Shown: positions 9,688 through 18,873 of the stretch, piece after piece
Layout of the letters: every line of letters begins with the position of its first letter
How positions within the stretch are numbered: the stretch's first letter is position 1
Assembly (NCBI GenBank): GCA_030615265.1
Contig: JAUWZP010000001.1
Coordinates: forward strand, 6,225 to 70,224
Direction: 5' to 3'
DNA length: 64,000 nucleotides
Source of the DNA: Candidatus Bathyarchaeota archaeon
GTDB lineage: Archaea; Thermoproteota; Bathyarchaeia; Bathyarchaeales; Bathyarchaeaceae
The notes under the pieces: generated by a model
Database searches by the model: none
Seen by the model: only the letters and a program-made list of their open reading frames with translations
What the model was told of the DNA's origin: nothing
Translations under genes and position numbers: made by a program

Positions 9688-10665
9688 ATGAAATCCTTGT
9701 ATGTCATGGGGAACAGACATTTCGGTTTTGCGCATGATTTTTATAACTATGTGCTAAGGGACTTAGGGTTTGATGTATATCGTCAAAGCACGGTAAAAGG
9801 CTATTATTTTCACTTGCTTTTACACAAATATGAGCTTATCTGGGCATGTGGTAAGGCTCGTGGTTTCTCAACTGTCTCGCTCAAACGTTTCCCGCTTTTA
9901 AAAGAAAGGATGAAAAGGACTAAAGTCGTTACACGTTTCCATCGTCAATTGGATGCCTTCTTTCATGAAAGACCAGAAGTAGCTTGGATGCCATATATGT
10001 CAATAATTGGGAGTGATAAGGTAGTGTGGGTATATGATTGCTTTGATCAGCTGAAAGAATATGTTCCAAAACTCCCAAAGTCCAAGTTTCATGTTGTTCA
10101 TAACGGTGTAGATTTAAATTGCTATAAGTCAGATGAAAGGAAACGTAAAGAGAACGAGATTTTTACATTAAGCAGTTGGCATTCACCTCGGAAATGTTTG
10201 GAAGTGTTAATTGAAGCAATGAATTATCTGCCAAAATGGCGTTTAGATATAGCTGGAAGGTTCTTGCAGAGTGATTATGAAATGAGATGCAAACAATTAG
10301 CAAAACCTAACAAAGATAGGATATACTTTCATGGTTTTGTTAATGATAAGCTAGGTTGGATGCAAAAAGCAACAGTATTTGTAATGCCAAGCAGACAGGA
10401 AGCTTGGAGTACACAAGTTATGGAAGCTATGGCATGTGAATGTTCTGTTATTGCACCTGAAATTGGAGGAGAGCCACAGTATGTTCCAGAAATCGAGCTT
10501 GTTTCAATAGATATTTCTCCAGAGCAACTTGCGGAAAAAATTATCGAGGTTGCAAATGACGAAGAATTAGGCGTATTGTACCGTAATATTGTTAAAAAAT
10601 ATGATTGGGCTATTGTGAAAAAAGAGACCGAAAACGTTCTTGGGAGGTTAAGGGATAATGCATAA
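9688..10665 (+). CDS. GT-B fold glycosyltransferase, family 4
   Basis: C-terminal E-x7-E region (PSRQEAWSTQVMEAMACECSVIAPEIGG) is typical of GT4/Glycos_transf_1. Confidence 0.8.
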   Translation: MKSLYVMGNRHFGFAHDFYNYVLRDLGFDVYRQSTVKGYYFHLLLHKYELIWACGKARGFSTVSLKRFPLLKERMKRTKVVTRFHRQLDAFFHERPEVAWMPYMSIIGSDKVVWVYDCFDQLKEYVPKLPKSKFHVVHNGVDLNCYKSDERKRKENEIFTLSSWHSPRKCLEVLIEAMNYLPKWRLDIAGRFLQSDYEMRCKQLAKPNKDRIYFHGFVNDKLGWMQKATVFVMPSRQEAWSTQVMEAMACECSVIAPEIGGEPQYVPEIELVSIDISPEQLAEKIIEVANDEELGVLYRNIVKKYDWAIVKKETENVLGRLRDNA

Positions 10666-11380
10666 CCAGTTGGCTTATAAAATGAGAATTCATATTAAAG
10701 ATTGTGCTTGCATGCCGAACCCTTTATTCATCATTCTAAAGATAATTTCTGTGCTTTGTCGAAGAAATTTTGTCCCACTCACATTTAGACAAAGTATACA
10801 ACTCCTTTTGTCAAGCAAAGATGAAACACATCTTGAAAGTTTTATGGTGGCAGAAAAATCCTTTGTGGACATAGGAGCAAATGTAGGTGTACATACATTG
10901 AGCATGGCGAAAAAAGGTGTTTTTGTATATGCTTTTGAACCTAGTCCTAACGCATTAGAAACACTTTATAGACGCACTAAATTTTTCGATAACATAAAAG
11001 TTTTTCCTTACGCTTTAGGAAGCAAAGAAGGTTTAGTGAAGTTTTACTCACACGACAAATCCGAAACAGATAGCATGTTTTTCTCTACTGATTACACAAG
11101 TGTTTGCGAAGTGAAAATGAAAACATTAGATAATTTTAATTTGAAAAATATTGGAATTATAAAAATAGATACTGAGGGTTTTGAACTTCATGTGTTGAAA
11201 GGTGCAGTTAAAACACTAAAACGTGAAAAACCTAGATTAATCTTAGAAATACATAACCCACTTTTCGATAACGAAGCAAATATCAAACGTTTTCTTATGT
11301 CTTTAGGATACGAAAATTTCAGAAAAATCTGGAAATTTCCTAGATATGGACAATTTCACTTAATTGTAAATTGGAGTTGA
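10658..11380 (+). CDS. FkbM-family SAM-dependent methyltransferase (second copy)
   Basis: FVDIGANVGVHTLSMA and IGIIKIDTEGFELHVLKGA. The start overlaps the GT4 stop (ATGCATAA). Confidence 0.8.
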   Translation: MHNQLAYKMRIHIKDCACMPNPLFIILKIISVLCRRNFVPLTFRQSIQLLLSSKDETHLESFMVAEKSFVDIGANVGVHTLSMAKKGVFVYAFEPSPNALETLYRRTKFFDNIKVFPYALGSKEGLVKFYSHDKSETDSMFFSTDYTSVCEVKMKTLDNFNLKNIGIIKIDTEGFELHVLKGAVKTLKREKPRLILEIHNPLFDNEANIKRFLMSLGYENFRKIWKFPRYGQFHLIVNWS

Positions 11381-11384
11381 ACCT

Positions 11385-11723
11385 ATGATTTTGGGTGTTA
11401 TCGGATTAGGCTTCATGGGCCTAGGCTTCTCAAGAGGCGTGAACTGTTTTAAAGCAACAGCCCTTGAAAATTCAATTAAGAGCGCATACAGATTTGCCTC
11501 TCTTCTTAAAGAACTCAACGATTACATGGTTGAAAAGTATACTCCAAAAATCAAATCGTTTCGTAAAAAGAAAATCGGCATTTTAGGCATGGCATACAAG
11601 CCAAACGCCCCTTACGTTTACGAGTCCCAACCACTGAAAATAGTCCAAGAATTACTCAAAGAAGGGTATGAGATCTATATTCACGACCTGTTAGCAGAAG
11701 CGCGGTGGAAAAGAATTGAATAG
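11385..11723 (+). pseudogene. degenerate internal/C-terminal fragment of a UDP-glucose/GDP-mannose dehydrogenase paralog
   Basis: GLGFMGLGFSRGVNCF is a decayed version of the GLGFGGPCFPRD catalytic-Cys motif. KKIGILGMAYKPNAPYVYESQPLKIVQELLKEGYEIYIHD is the UDP-binding domain. The N-terminal NAD domain is missing, and the fragment ends where the intact gene starts. Confidence 0.5.
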
Positions 11724-12951
11724 AATTTCAGTGGTTGGCTTAGGAAAGTTGGGGCTTCCGTTAGCCGTTTCTTTGGCATCTAAGGGATTTCAAGTAGTCG
11801 GAGTTGACATTGACGAAAGAAAGGTTAGAGCAATAAACAACGGTATATCCCCCGTTAGTGAAACTAATCTGCACGAAACGCTTACTCGCTTTAAAGATTC
11901 AATAGTTGCTACTCTTGATTACGATTATGCTCTTAGAAATTCTGATGTTACATTCGTTTTTACAAATACACCCAGCAATCCAGACGGAAGCTATTCAACG
12001 AGACAATTAGAATCCGCATGTCGAGAGATAGGCAAAGTTTTGCGAGACAAGAATGTGTTTCATGTCGTAATCATAATGAGCACAGTCCTGCCTCTAACGT
12101 GCGAAGAAACATTAAAACCTATACTTGAAGAGCAATCAAAGAAAAAATGTGGAGTAGACTTCGGATTATGCCACACGCCAGAATTTGTCGCCTTAGGAAG
12201 CGTAATACACGACTTCTTGAATCCTGACTTCTTTTTAATAGGGGAATCTGACCCCAAGTCTGGTCGAATAGTGGAAAACATCTACAGGAAAATCTCCGAC
12301 TCAAAAATTGTTAGAACCAGCATCGTCAATGCTGAACTTGCTAAAATCGCTATAAACTGCTTTCTAACCACAAAAATAAGCTTCGCCAACACATTGGGAG
12401 AAGTATGTGAAAAATTACCAAACGCAAATGCAAACACTGTGACATCTATACTCGGTTTAGACCACCGCATTAATGCTGGCTGTCTCAATGCAGGACTGGG
12501 TTTCGGCGGTCCCTGTTTCCCTCGCGACAACAAGGCGTTCAACTTCCTCGCCAAGCAACTGAGTTGTCAATCTTGGCTGGCAGAAGCCACAGACAAAGTG
12601 AACGCCATTCAAGTTGACAAGGTAGTAGAAAAAGTGAAAAGCAGACTTAAAGGCAAAGGCACGGTCGCTGTTCTGGGGCTCTCATATAAGCCCAATACCG
12701 AAACAGTCGAAGCATCGCAATCCCTCGAAATAGCCAAGAAATTGTCTGGTTTGGGGTACAAGGTTAAAGTCTACGATCCACAAGCAATGAATGAAGCAAA
12801 ACTCATTCTTGGCGATAACGTCGTTTATTGCAATTCGTTACAACAATGTGTAGAGAACACTGGTCTTTGTATTGTTGCCACCCCTTGGAAAGAGTTTAAG
12901 CATCTTAAAGTCAGTGTTCCCGTAATCAACTGTTGGAATATAAAGAAGTGA
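11716..12951 (+). CDS. UDP-glucose 6-dehydrogenase family nucleotide-sugar dehydrogenase (intact)
   Basis: All three domains are present: VVGLGKLGLPLAVSLASKGFQVVGVDID (NAD), GLGFGGPCFPRD (catalytic Cys) and VAVLGLSYKPNTETVEASQSL (UDP-binding domain). Confidence 0.85.
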   Translation: MNRISVVGLGKLGLPLAVSLASKGFQVVGVDIDERKVRAINNGISPVSETNLHETLTRFKDSIVATLDYDYALRNSDVTFVFTNTPSNPDGSYSTRQLESACREIGKVLRDKNVFHVVIIMSTVLPLTCEETLKPILEEQSKKKCGVDFGLCHTPEFVALGSVIHDFLNPDFFLIGESDPKSGRIVENIYRKISDSKIVRTSIVNAELAKIAINCFLTTKISFANTLGEVCEKLPNANANTVTSILGLDHRINAGCLNAGLGFGGPCFPRDNKAFNFLAKQLSCQSWLAEATDKVNAIQVDKVVEKVKSRLKGKGTVAVLGLSYKPNTETVEASQSLEIAKKLSGLGYKVKVYDPQAMNEAKLILGDNVVYCNSLQQCVENTGLCIVATPWKEFKHLKVSVPVINCWNIKK

Positions 12952-12961
12952 GAAATTTAAT

Positions 12962-13462
12962 GCTGATTCAAGTAAAGTTTTAGACCTAATTTACCAAGAT
13001 AGACGAAACTACAAGGCTGGGCTTGGGTTTGCTGGTCCGTGTTTTCCACGAGATGTGAACTGCTTCAAGACCATATGCAATGAAAATGCTATCTGGAGCG
13101 GAGATAGGTTTACCAGCATGTTAAACGACCTTAACAACTATGTTGTCGACAGATACATTCAGAAAGTCAAGTCTTCAAAGAGAAGAAAAGTTGGAATTCT
13201 TGGAGTGGCATACAAACCAAATGTTTCTTACGTGTATGAGTCACAACCATTAAAAATTGCTAAGCAACTATTGCAGGAAGGCTATGAAGTTTACATTTAT
13301 GACCCGTTAGCCGAAGGGAATGCTAAACAAGTCTTAAACAACAAAGCGCACTTCTGCTCAACCATCAAGGAATGTGTGGATGAAGTCGAAATCATTTTCA
13401 TCGGAACAGTGAATTATTCTAATGTTGAAACAGACAAGTCTACGGTGAACCCATGGAGGTAA
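12962..13462 (+). pseudogene. 3-prime fragment of a UDP-glucose dehydrogenase paralog (no NAD domain, no start for the conserved part)
   Basis: The frame is open from 12944. It encodes ...YKAGLGFAGPCFPRDVNCF...RKVGILGVAYKPNVSYVYESQPLKIAKQLLQEGYEVYIYDPLAEG. This is about 70 percent DNA-similar (by eye) to fragment 11385..11723. The ORF track lists only the part after an internal Met (13055). Confidence 0.55.
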
Positions 13463-13558
13463 TCATTGGTCTATAAATCCAACTCTTCAAACAAAAGGAT
13501 ATTGCGTAGCACTTTTCATTCTAATGTTCTACGAAGCGTTGGTCCGCGCGCTTGTTGT

Positions 13559-14116
13559 TTACGCTTTAAACCATTTGAAGATGAGGTACTGCATCTTCTT
13601 GTTTTCCTGGTTTGGCACAGCTAGGATGAACCTTTTTCTCACAGTTGTGGCGAGTCTTCCCGCCTTCACGATCTCTGTGGCTGTAACTTCATCTGTTGGC
13701 TTCTTAACTGACACCATATATGGAGCATGGTCGATGCCTGGTCCATCCTTATACACGGCGAAGTCGCAGCCGTATTTGATGCCAGGGGTCACTATCAACC
13801 CTGTGTCTCGGAGGTCTTTGTAAACCCTATATTTCAAGTCAAACTCATTGTAGAGTCTGCGAGCTCTCTGCCTAAGCTTTTTAAGGCTAACCTCCGTTTT
13901 TCTCGAACCCTCAAAAACCCCAATGACTTCTTTTTCCGCTAGGTACAAGCCTTCCATAAGGCCGATGATAAGTGGCACGTTGAATTCGGCTACTTTAGGT
14001 TTAGGGATGCCTATTGGCTTCCCGTAGTAGCCTATCTTGTAGAGTTCGGAGCCGTCCTTTGGGTTCCAAACAACCAAAAAGTTTTCAATAAATTCGGTTT
14101 CGATTTTTCGAGGCAT
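13559..14116 (-). CDS. endA: tRNA-splicing endonuclease
   Basis: The C-terminal catalytic domain GIKYGCDFAVYKDGPGIDHAPYMVSV...RLATTVRKRFILAV matches the archaeal EndA pattern (G.kfG.Df.vY......H..y.v.v ... vak.v.K). Confidence 0.85.
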   Translation of the reverse strand: MPRKIETEFIENFLVVWNPKDGSELYKIGYYGKPIGIPKPKVAEFNVPLIIGLMEGLYLAEKEVIGVFEGSRKTEVSLKKLRQRARRLYNEFDLKYRVYKDLRDTGLIVTPGIKYGCDFAVYKDGPGIDHAPYMVSVKKPTDEVTATEIVKAGRLATTVRKRFILAVPNQENKKMQYLIFKWFKA

Positions 14117-14133
14117 ATCTTACAGCCCGCTGG

Positions 14134-14793
14134 TTACATGGCGAAAGCCAAGATGCGCGCTGCGTCTGAGGCATCTTCAGCTTTGTCAGCTGCGTCTTCC
14201 ATGAGTTGAAGCACGTCTCTTAGGAGCAGCAAAACTGGAATTTCAAGGTGACTGTTAAGAATTTTAACTTCAAGCTCGCGGTACAGGTCGTCAACCACTC
14301 GTTCGGCAACTTCAACTTCTCTTGCCTTTTCTGATGTCTTGCTCGCGCCATAACTCAGAGTCATGACGGTTTCCCGGAGTTTATGGATGGTCTCAAACAT
14401 TCCCTCTGAAAGTTCCAGCAAGCTTTTTTTGATGTCCGAGGGCACCTTCCAACCTCGTTCTGTAAGTTCAAGCAAGCGGAAGGCTATTCCTTCGCAGAAA
14501 TCGGCGATTTCGTTGGTGAGACTAGTGAATCGGAGGAAGTCTTCTCTGCTTATCAATATTGCTCCTATTTCAGCCAGTTCTTTTGCCACTGTGCGTCTGG
14601 CTATGTCCACTTCCTCCTCAGACTTTCTGATTTCGGCATGTAGTTGTCTAACTATTTTTTTTTCTCCGTTCACAAAACTGTCGATTAACTGATGGGTTTT
14701 GCGAGTGACCTCCACGACCTTGCGTAGATGCTCCTGACAAATGTTCAGCGCTCTCCGTTTCACTCGTTCCTCGGTCTCCACTGGAAAAACCAT
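14134..14793 (-). CDS. DUF47/PhoU-like (TIGR00153) phosphate-transport-regulator-related protein
   Basis: All-helical 219 aa protein with the characteristic C-terminal LLLLRDVLQLMEDAADKAEDASDAARILA motif. Confidence 0.7.
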   Translation of the reverse strand: MVFPVETEERVKRRALNICQEHLRKVVEVTRKTHQLIDSFVNGEKKIVRQLHAEIRKSEEEVDIARRTVAKELAEIGAILISREDFLRFTSLTNEIADFCEGIAFRLLELTERGWKVPSDIKKSLLELSEGMFETIHKLRETVMTLSYGASKTSEKAREVEVAERVVDDLYRELEVKILNSHLEIPVLLLLRDVLQLMEDAADKAEDASDAARILAFAM

Positions 14794-14906
14794 GAGTCTC
14801 CGCCCTCAAGATTACCGTTTTAGTCTTCAAAATAAGATAGAGTGAATCCTTATTAACCTTTAAGGAAGTTTTTGACTAGCCCGAAACACTAGGCGAGGCT
14901 TACAGA

Positions 14907-15616
14907 TTGACCATTAAAGCTGTGCTGTTTGACCTTGGAAACACACTTGTTTATCAGAATCCCTATAAAACCTTCCAAAAGATACTGGGAACCCACGGCA
15001 TAGCTAAAACAACCAAGGAAATAGAAGAAGCCTTCGCGAAGACTGAAAGAGAATTTGACATTAAAAGGCATAGTAGGCTTTCTGCACACGAATTTTACAT
15101 GCAACTAAACATACACATTTTGAAACATTTAGGAATCACAAATTCCAATGCGCTGCAAGCGTTGGCAGAGAACATCAACATCCAATGGTTTAAAGCATCT
15201 AAAGTCCACCTCTACCGCGATGATAAACCTACATTGGCTAAACTGAAAAAGATGGGACTCAAACTTGGACTAATAACCGACGATTACAAAATCGATTTAG
15301 AGAAGATAATGCCTCAAGTTGGCCTCCAAAATTTTTTCGCCATCTGCGTTTGTGGTGACACTGTTGGAAAAAGAAAGCCAAACCCACAAGTTTCGAGCAT
15401 GCGTTAAACCAGTTCAACATTCGATCATCAGAAGCCATTTTTGTTGGAGACCGCATAGACACAGATTACATTGGAGCAAAAGAAGCTGGAATGACACCCA
15501 TCTTAATTCGAAGAGAAAGCAGCAAGCAAGAAGTCGCTGGTGTTAGGTCTATAACCAGTCTTAAAGAAGTTTTTAAAGTATTAGAGATAATGGAAGGCGA
15601 AGGCTCTAACCCTTAA
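14907..15616 (+). pseudogene. HAD-superfamily hydrolase (phosphatase-like) carrying a -1 frameshift
   Basis: Motif I is AVLFDLGNTLV and motif III is GKRKPNPQV. The frame then hits a stop at 15405-15407, while the frame shifted by one nt continues FEHALNQFNIRSSEAIFVGDRIDTDYIGAKEAGM (motif IV) up to the TAA at 15614-15616. The break maps to the TTT run at 15391-15393. Confidence 0.7.
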
Positions 15617-17168
15617 CTAGTTCTCCTAAATCTTCAAAGTTTAGTTTGTAACGGAAATATGCATGTAGCAGTTCGGGCAACCGCTCAACTTTGTTTCTAA
15701 CCTGCTTCCAAGTGTCACGGTCTCGCATGGTTACAGTGTCATCCTCTAATGTTTGGTAGTCAATGGTTACTCCAAGCGGTGTGCCAGCTTCATCTGCCCG
15801 TGCGTACCGCCTGCCGATAGAACCAGATTCGTCGTATTCAGCCAGAAAGCCTTCTTTAACTAAGAACTGATGCACCCGTTTGGCTTTTTCGGGTAAGCCG
15901 TTTTTGCCGACTAATGGGTAAACGCCTACCTGAACGGGCGCTATGTCTCTTGGGAAACTTAGAACCTTACGTTTCTTAATTGTTTTCAGAGCGTACTCCA
16001 CGGCGACGTATACAAGTCGGTCTAAACCAAAACTGGGTTCAACCACATGGGGAATGAAACGTCTGCCTTCCTTGAAAACGCGCATGTCAACGCCGCTGAA
16101 TTTCATATGCTGGTTCAGGTCATAATCCGTACGATAATTGTGCCCTGAAACTTCCACCCAGCCCCAGCGTTCAATGTAGATCTCTTGGTCAAAACCCTGC
16201 TTAGAATAGTGAGCTCTTTCCCAATCTAGTTTTTCAATGAACCGTTGTTTGTCTTCAGGTACTCCAAGTTCCATTAGGAAGCGTTTAGCTTGAGCCATGA
16301 AGAAGCCCTGCCACTCTGTCTTTATGAAGCCTTTACCTAAGGCTTGTTTTACAGTTATCTCAACAGGTTCTTTCTTGCCTTTCAGTTTGGCTTCAGTGAG
16401 TAGAAGTCTAAGCTTTTCGTTTTCAACATTTTGGAGTAGTGGGCACTGGGGTTCTTCTGGGTCGAAGAAGAATTCAATGTCCGCAATTGTGAATTCGCGT
16501 AATCGTATGACGCCTTGTCTTGGGGAGATTTCGTTTCTCAATGCATGGCCGATTTGGACAATGCCTAGGGGTAAGCGTTCTCGGGCGTTTTCGTACAGGC
16601 GTTTGAATTCTACGAAGATGCTTTGGGCGGCTTCTGGGCGGCCGTAGCCAACTGCGTCGGAGTAGGGACCAATAGTTGTGGAGAACATTGTCATGAACTG
16701 TTTGACTTCGCCGAATTCGCCACCGCATTCGAGACATTTAATCTCATGTTTTCTGATTTGGTCTATGAGTTGTTGGGGGCTGAGCTTCTCTGTTTTCGTG
16801 TCGCTCATTCCAGCGAACTCTTGTAACAAGTGGTCGGCTCGAAACTTGTGTTTGCATTTGCCGCATTCAACCATGGGTTCTTTAAAGTGCTCTACATGTC
16901 CCGAAGCCTCAAACACTTTGGCTGGCAAGATCACAGAAGACTCGATTTCCAGAATGCCAAGCGGTCGAATATAGAATTCTCGAAACTTGTCCTCTATTCT
17001 CCTTTTTAACATGGTGCCTAGAGAACCATACGTGACGAAGCCGCTTACTCCTCCGTAAATTTCGAAAGAAGGCCAGAAAAAGCCTCTGCGCTTGGCTAGT
17101 TCGTTAACAATTTTAAATTTGTCTGAGTCCTTCAAAGATCTGTTCTCCCAGATTATGCAATTTACCAA
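15606..17168 (-). CDS. glyS: glycine--tRNA ligase (archaeal/eukaryotic-type class II)
   Basis: RRGFFWPSFEIYGGVSGFVTYGSLG N-terminal signature, class II motifs (FRNEISPR-like LRNEISPRQGVIRLREF) and a C-terminal anticodon-binding domain. Confidence 0.9.
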   Translation of the reverse strand: MVNCIIWENRSLKDSDKFKIVNELAKRRGFFWPSFEIYGGVSGFVTYGSLGTMLKRRIEDKFREFYIRPLGILEIESSVILPAKVFEASGHVEHFKEPMVECGKCKHKFRADHLLQEFAGMSDTKTEKLSPQQLIDQIRKHEIKCLECGGEFGEVKQFMTMFSTTIGPYSDAVGYGRPEAAQSIFVEFKRLYENARERLPLGIVQIGHALRNEISPRQGVIRLREFTIADIEFFFDPEEPQCPLLQNVENEKLRLLLTEAKLKGKKEPVEITVKQALGKGFIKTEWQGFFMAQAKRFLMELGVPEDKQRFIEKLDWERAHYSKQGFDQEIYIERWGWVEVSGHNYRTDYDLNQHMKFSGVDMRVFKEGRRFIPHVVEPSFGLDRLVYVAVEYALKTIKKRKVLSFPRDIAPVQVGVYPLVGKNGLPEKAKRVHQFLVKEGFLAEYDESGSIGRRYARADEAGTPLGVTIDYQTLEDDTVTMRDRDTWKQVRNKVERLPELLHAYFRYKLNFEDLGELVKG

Positions 17169-17325
17169 ACCTTAATGCCTTATTTAACTAATAAATCAAA
17201 CGTCGACGTGCTTGGAAAAAATCTATCGTTTTACACGTGTTCAATGACTAAATGAGTGATATTTAAGGAGGCGTTTGAGTTGATTCTACTTCATTGTAGT
17301 CCCTCTTATGAAACGTTTTCCCTTT

Positions 17326-17568
17326 TCATATGTGCTCCGCTACTTCAGCTTCTTCAACTTTTCCGTTCCCGTCTATTTTTAGGCTCAGCATTATTCTGTC
17401 GGTAAAGTTTCTCTTAGTGTTGAAATTTGCGTGGCAACTTCCGCATTCTATGTCGCTTGCCATTTCGATTATATACCATGAAGCATCTGTCTAGTGACGC
17501 CCACAGTTTGGGCATCGCGTTATGGCTATGTCAAGCCAAGCCCTAGCGTCCATCATGTTTGCCCTCAT
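17326..17568 (-). other. possible small zinc-ribbon ORF interrupted by one in-frame TAG (two short ORFs in the same frame)
   Basis: MRANMMDARAWLDIAITRCPNCGRH - TAG(17493..17491) - TDASWYIIEMASDIECGSCHANFNTKRNFTDRIMLSLKIDGNGKVEEAEVAEHI. The CPNC and CGSC halves would form one 4-Cys ribbon only if read through. Confidence 0.25.
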
Positions 17569-17666
17569 CAGTTCATAGAACCCAAACATTATAAAACAGA
17601 CGATGCAACAGCAGATATCTGAGACACTCTCGCACAAAAAGGTCGAAACGGTTAGGTGAAAAATAC

Positions 17667-18734
17667 ATGGCAAAAATCAAAGTTGCACTAGTAGGCGTCG
17701 GGAACTGCGCCTCAGCTCTCGTTCAAGGCATCCAGTTCTACAAAAAAGTCGGCAACAAAGAAAAAGCATATGGTTTGAGGCATCTCAACCTCGGAGGATA
17801 TCATCCCCGAGACATAGAGTTCGTATGCGCCTTCGACATTGAGGAACGCAAAGTTGGAAAAGACTTGTCAAAAGCCATCTTTGCACCGCCCAACAACACC
17901 CTGAAATTCGCCGATGTGCCAAGGCTGAACGTGCCAGTTCTGAAGGGGCCAGTCATAGACGGAGTAGGCCCAAATTTGAAAGAAATAATTAAAGTCAGCC
18001 TATCACCAAAGTCAAATGTAACCCAAAAACTTAGAGACAGCAAAGCCGAAATCGTGCTCAATCTGCTTCCAAGCGGAGCCACAAAGGCTTCTCGATGGTA
18101 CGCCGAACACGCGCTTCAAGCAGGATGCGCTTTCATAAACGCAACGCCAAGTCTCATTGCTGGCGACGCTGCATGGAATAAACGGTTTGAGGATGCGGGG
18201 TTGCCATTGATTGGCGACGATTTAATGGATCAGGTGGGCGCCACGATTCTCCACAAGACTTTGCTCAAGCTTCTCTCCGAGCGAGGTGTTAGGATATCTG
18301 AAACTTATCAGCTTGATGTGGGCGGAGGAACGGAATCATTGGATACTCTGGGGCGAACGAGAGAGGTGAAGAGAGCTATGAAGACCAAATCTGTGGAAGC
18401 CACTTTGCCTTACAAGGCTGATGTTGTAGCTGGCTCAACTGATTATGTGGACTTTCTGGGAAATCGCCGTGACAGTTTCTTCTGGGTTCAAGGCTTATAC
18501 TTTGGGCATGTTCCAATGCGACTCGACATGCGGCTATGCACGGTGGATGCGCCTAATGCTGGCTCAGTCTTACTTGATGTATTAAGAGCGACTAAAATTG
18601 CTTTAGACCGCAAAGTGGCAGGGGCCCTTCTCAGTGTTTCTGCTTATGCCTTTAAACATCCCCCGCAGCTGTTACCTCTCGATATGGCAGAACGTTGGTT
18701 TGAAGAGTTCATTTCTGGAGAAAAAGAACGCTAA
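17667..18734 (+). CDS. myo-inositol-1-phosphate synthase (archaeal short type)
   Basis: KVALVGVGNCASALVQGIQFYK N-terminal NAD-binding motif and overall similarity to the archaeal MIPS family. GGTGA RBS 8 nt upstream. Confidence 0.8.
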   Translation: MAKIKVALVGVGNCASALVQGIQFYKKVGNKEKAYGLRHLNLGGYHPRDIEFVCAFDIEERKVGKDLSKAIFAPPNNTLKFADVPRLNVPVLKGPVIDGVGPNLKEIIKVSLSPKSNVTQKLRDSKAEIVLNLLPSGATKASRWYAEHALQAGCAFINATPSLIAGDAAWNKRFEDAGLPLIGDDLMDQVGATILHKTLLKLLSERGVRISETYQLDVGGGTESLDTLGRTREVKRAMKTKSVEATLPYKADVVAGSTDYVDFLGNRRDSFFWVQGLYFGHVPMRLDMRLCTVDAPNAGSVLLDVLRATKIALDRKVAGALLSVSAYAFKHPPQLLPLDMAERWFEEFISGEKER

Positions 18735-18873
18735 GTTTGATTGCCCTTAGGTGGATGTAAAAATTCCGTGTCATAGTCAGATCTGCATTTTATACTTAGT
18801 GGAAATCAGTATTTGCAATTCATAAAGCCTATTAAAGTTGTCATTAAAGAAGCAGAAGCCAATGGAGGATTGA

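Noticed and set aside
17491-17493. In-frame TAG read as pyrrolysine.
   Set aside because: TAG terminates several well-defined genes in this window (rpl23, the S-component gene, the FkbM gene), and no pyl genes or methylamine methyltransferases are present. A pseudogene or coincidence is more likely.
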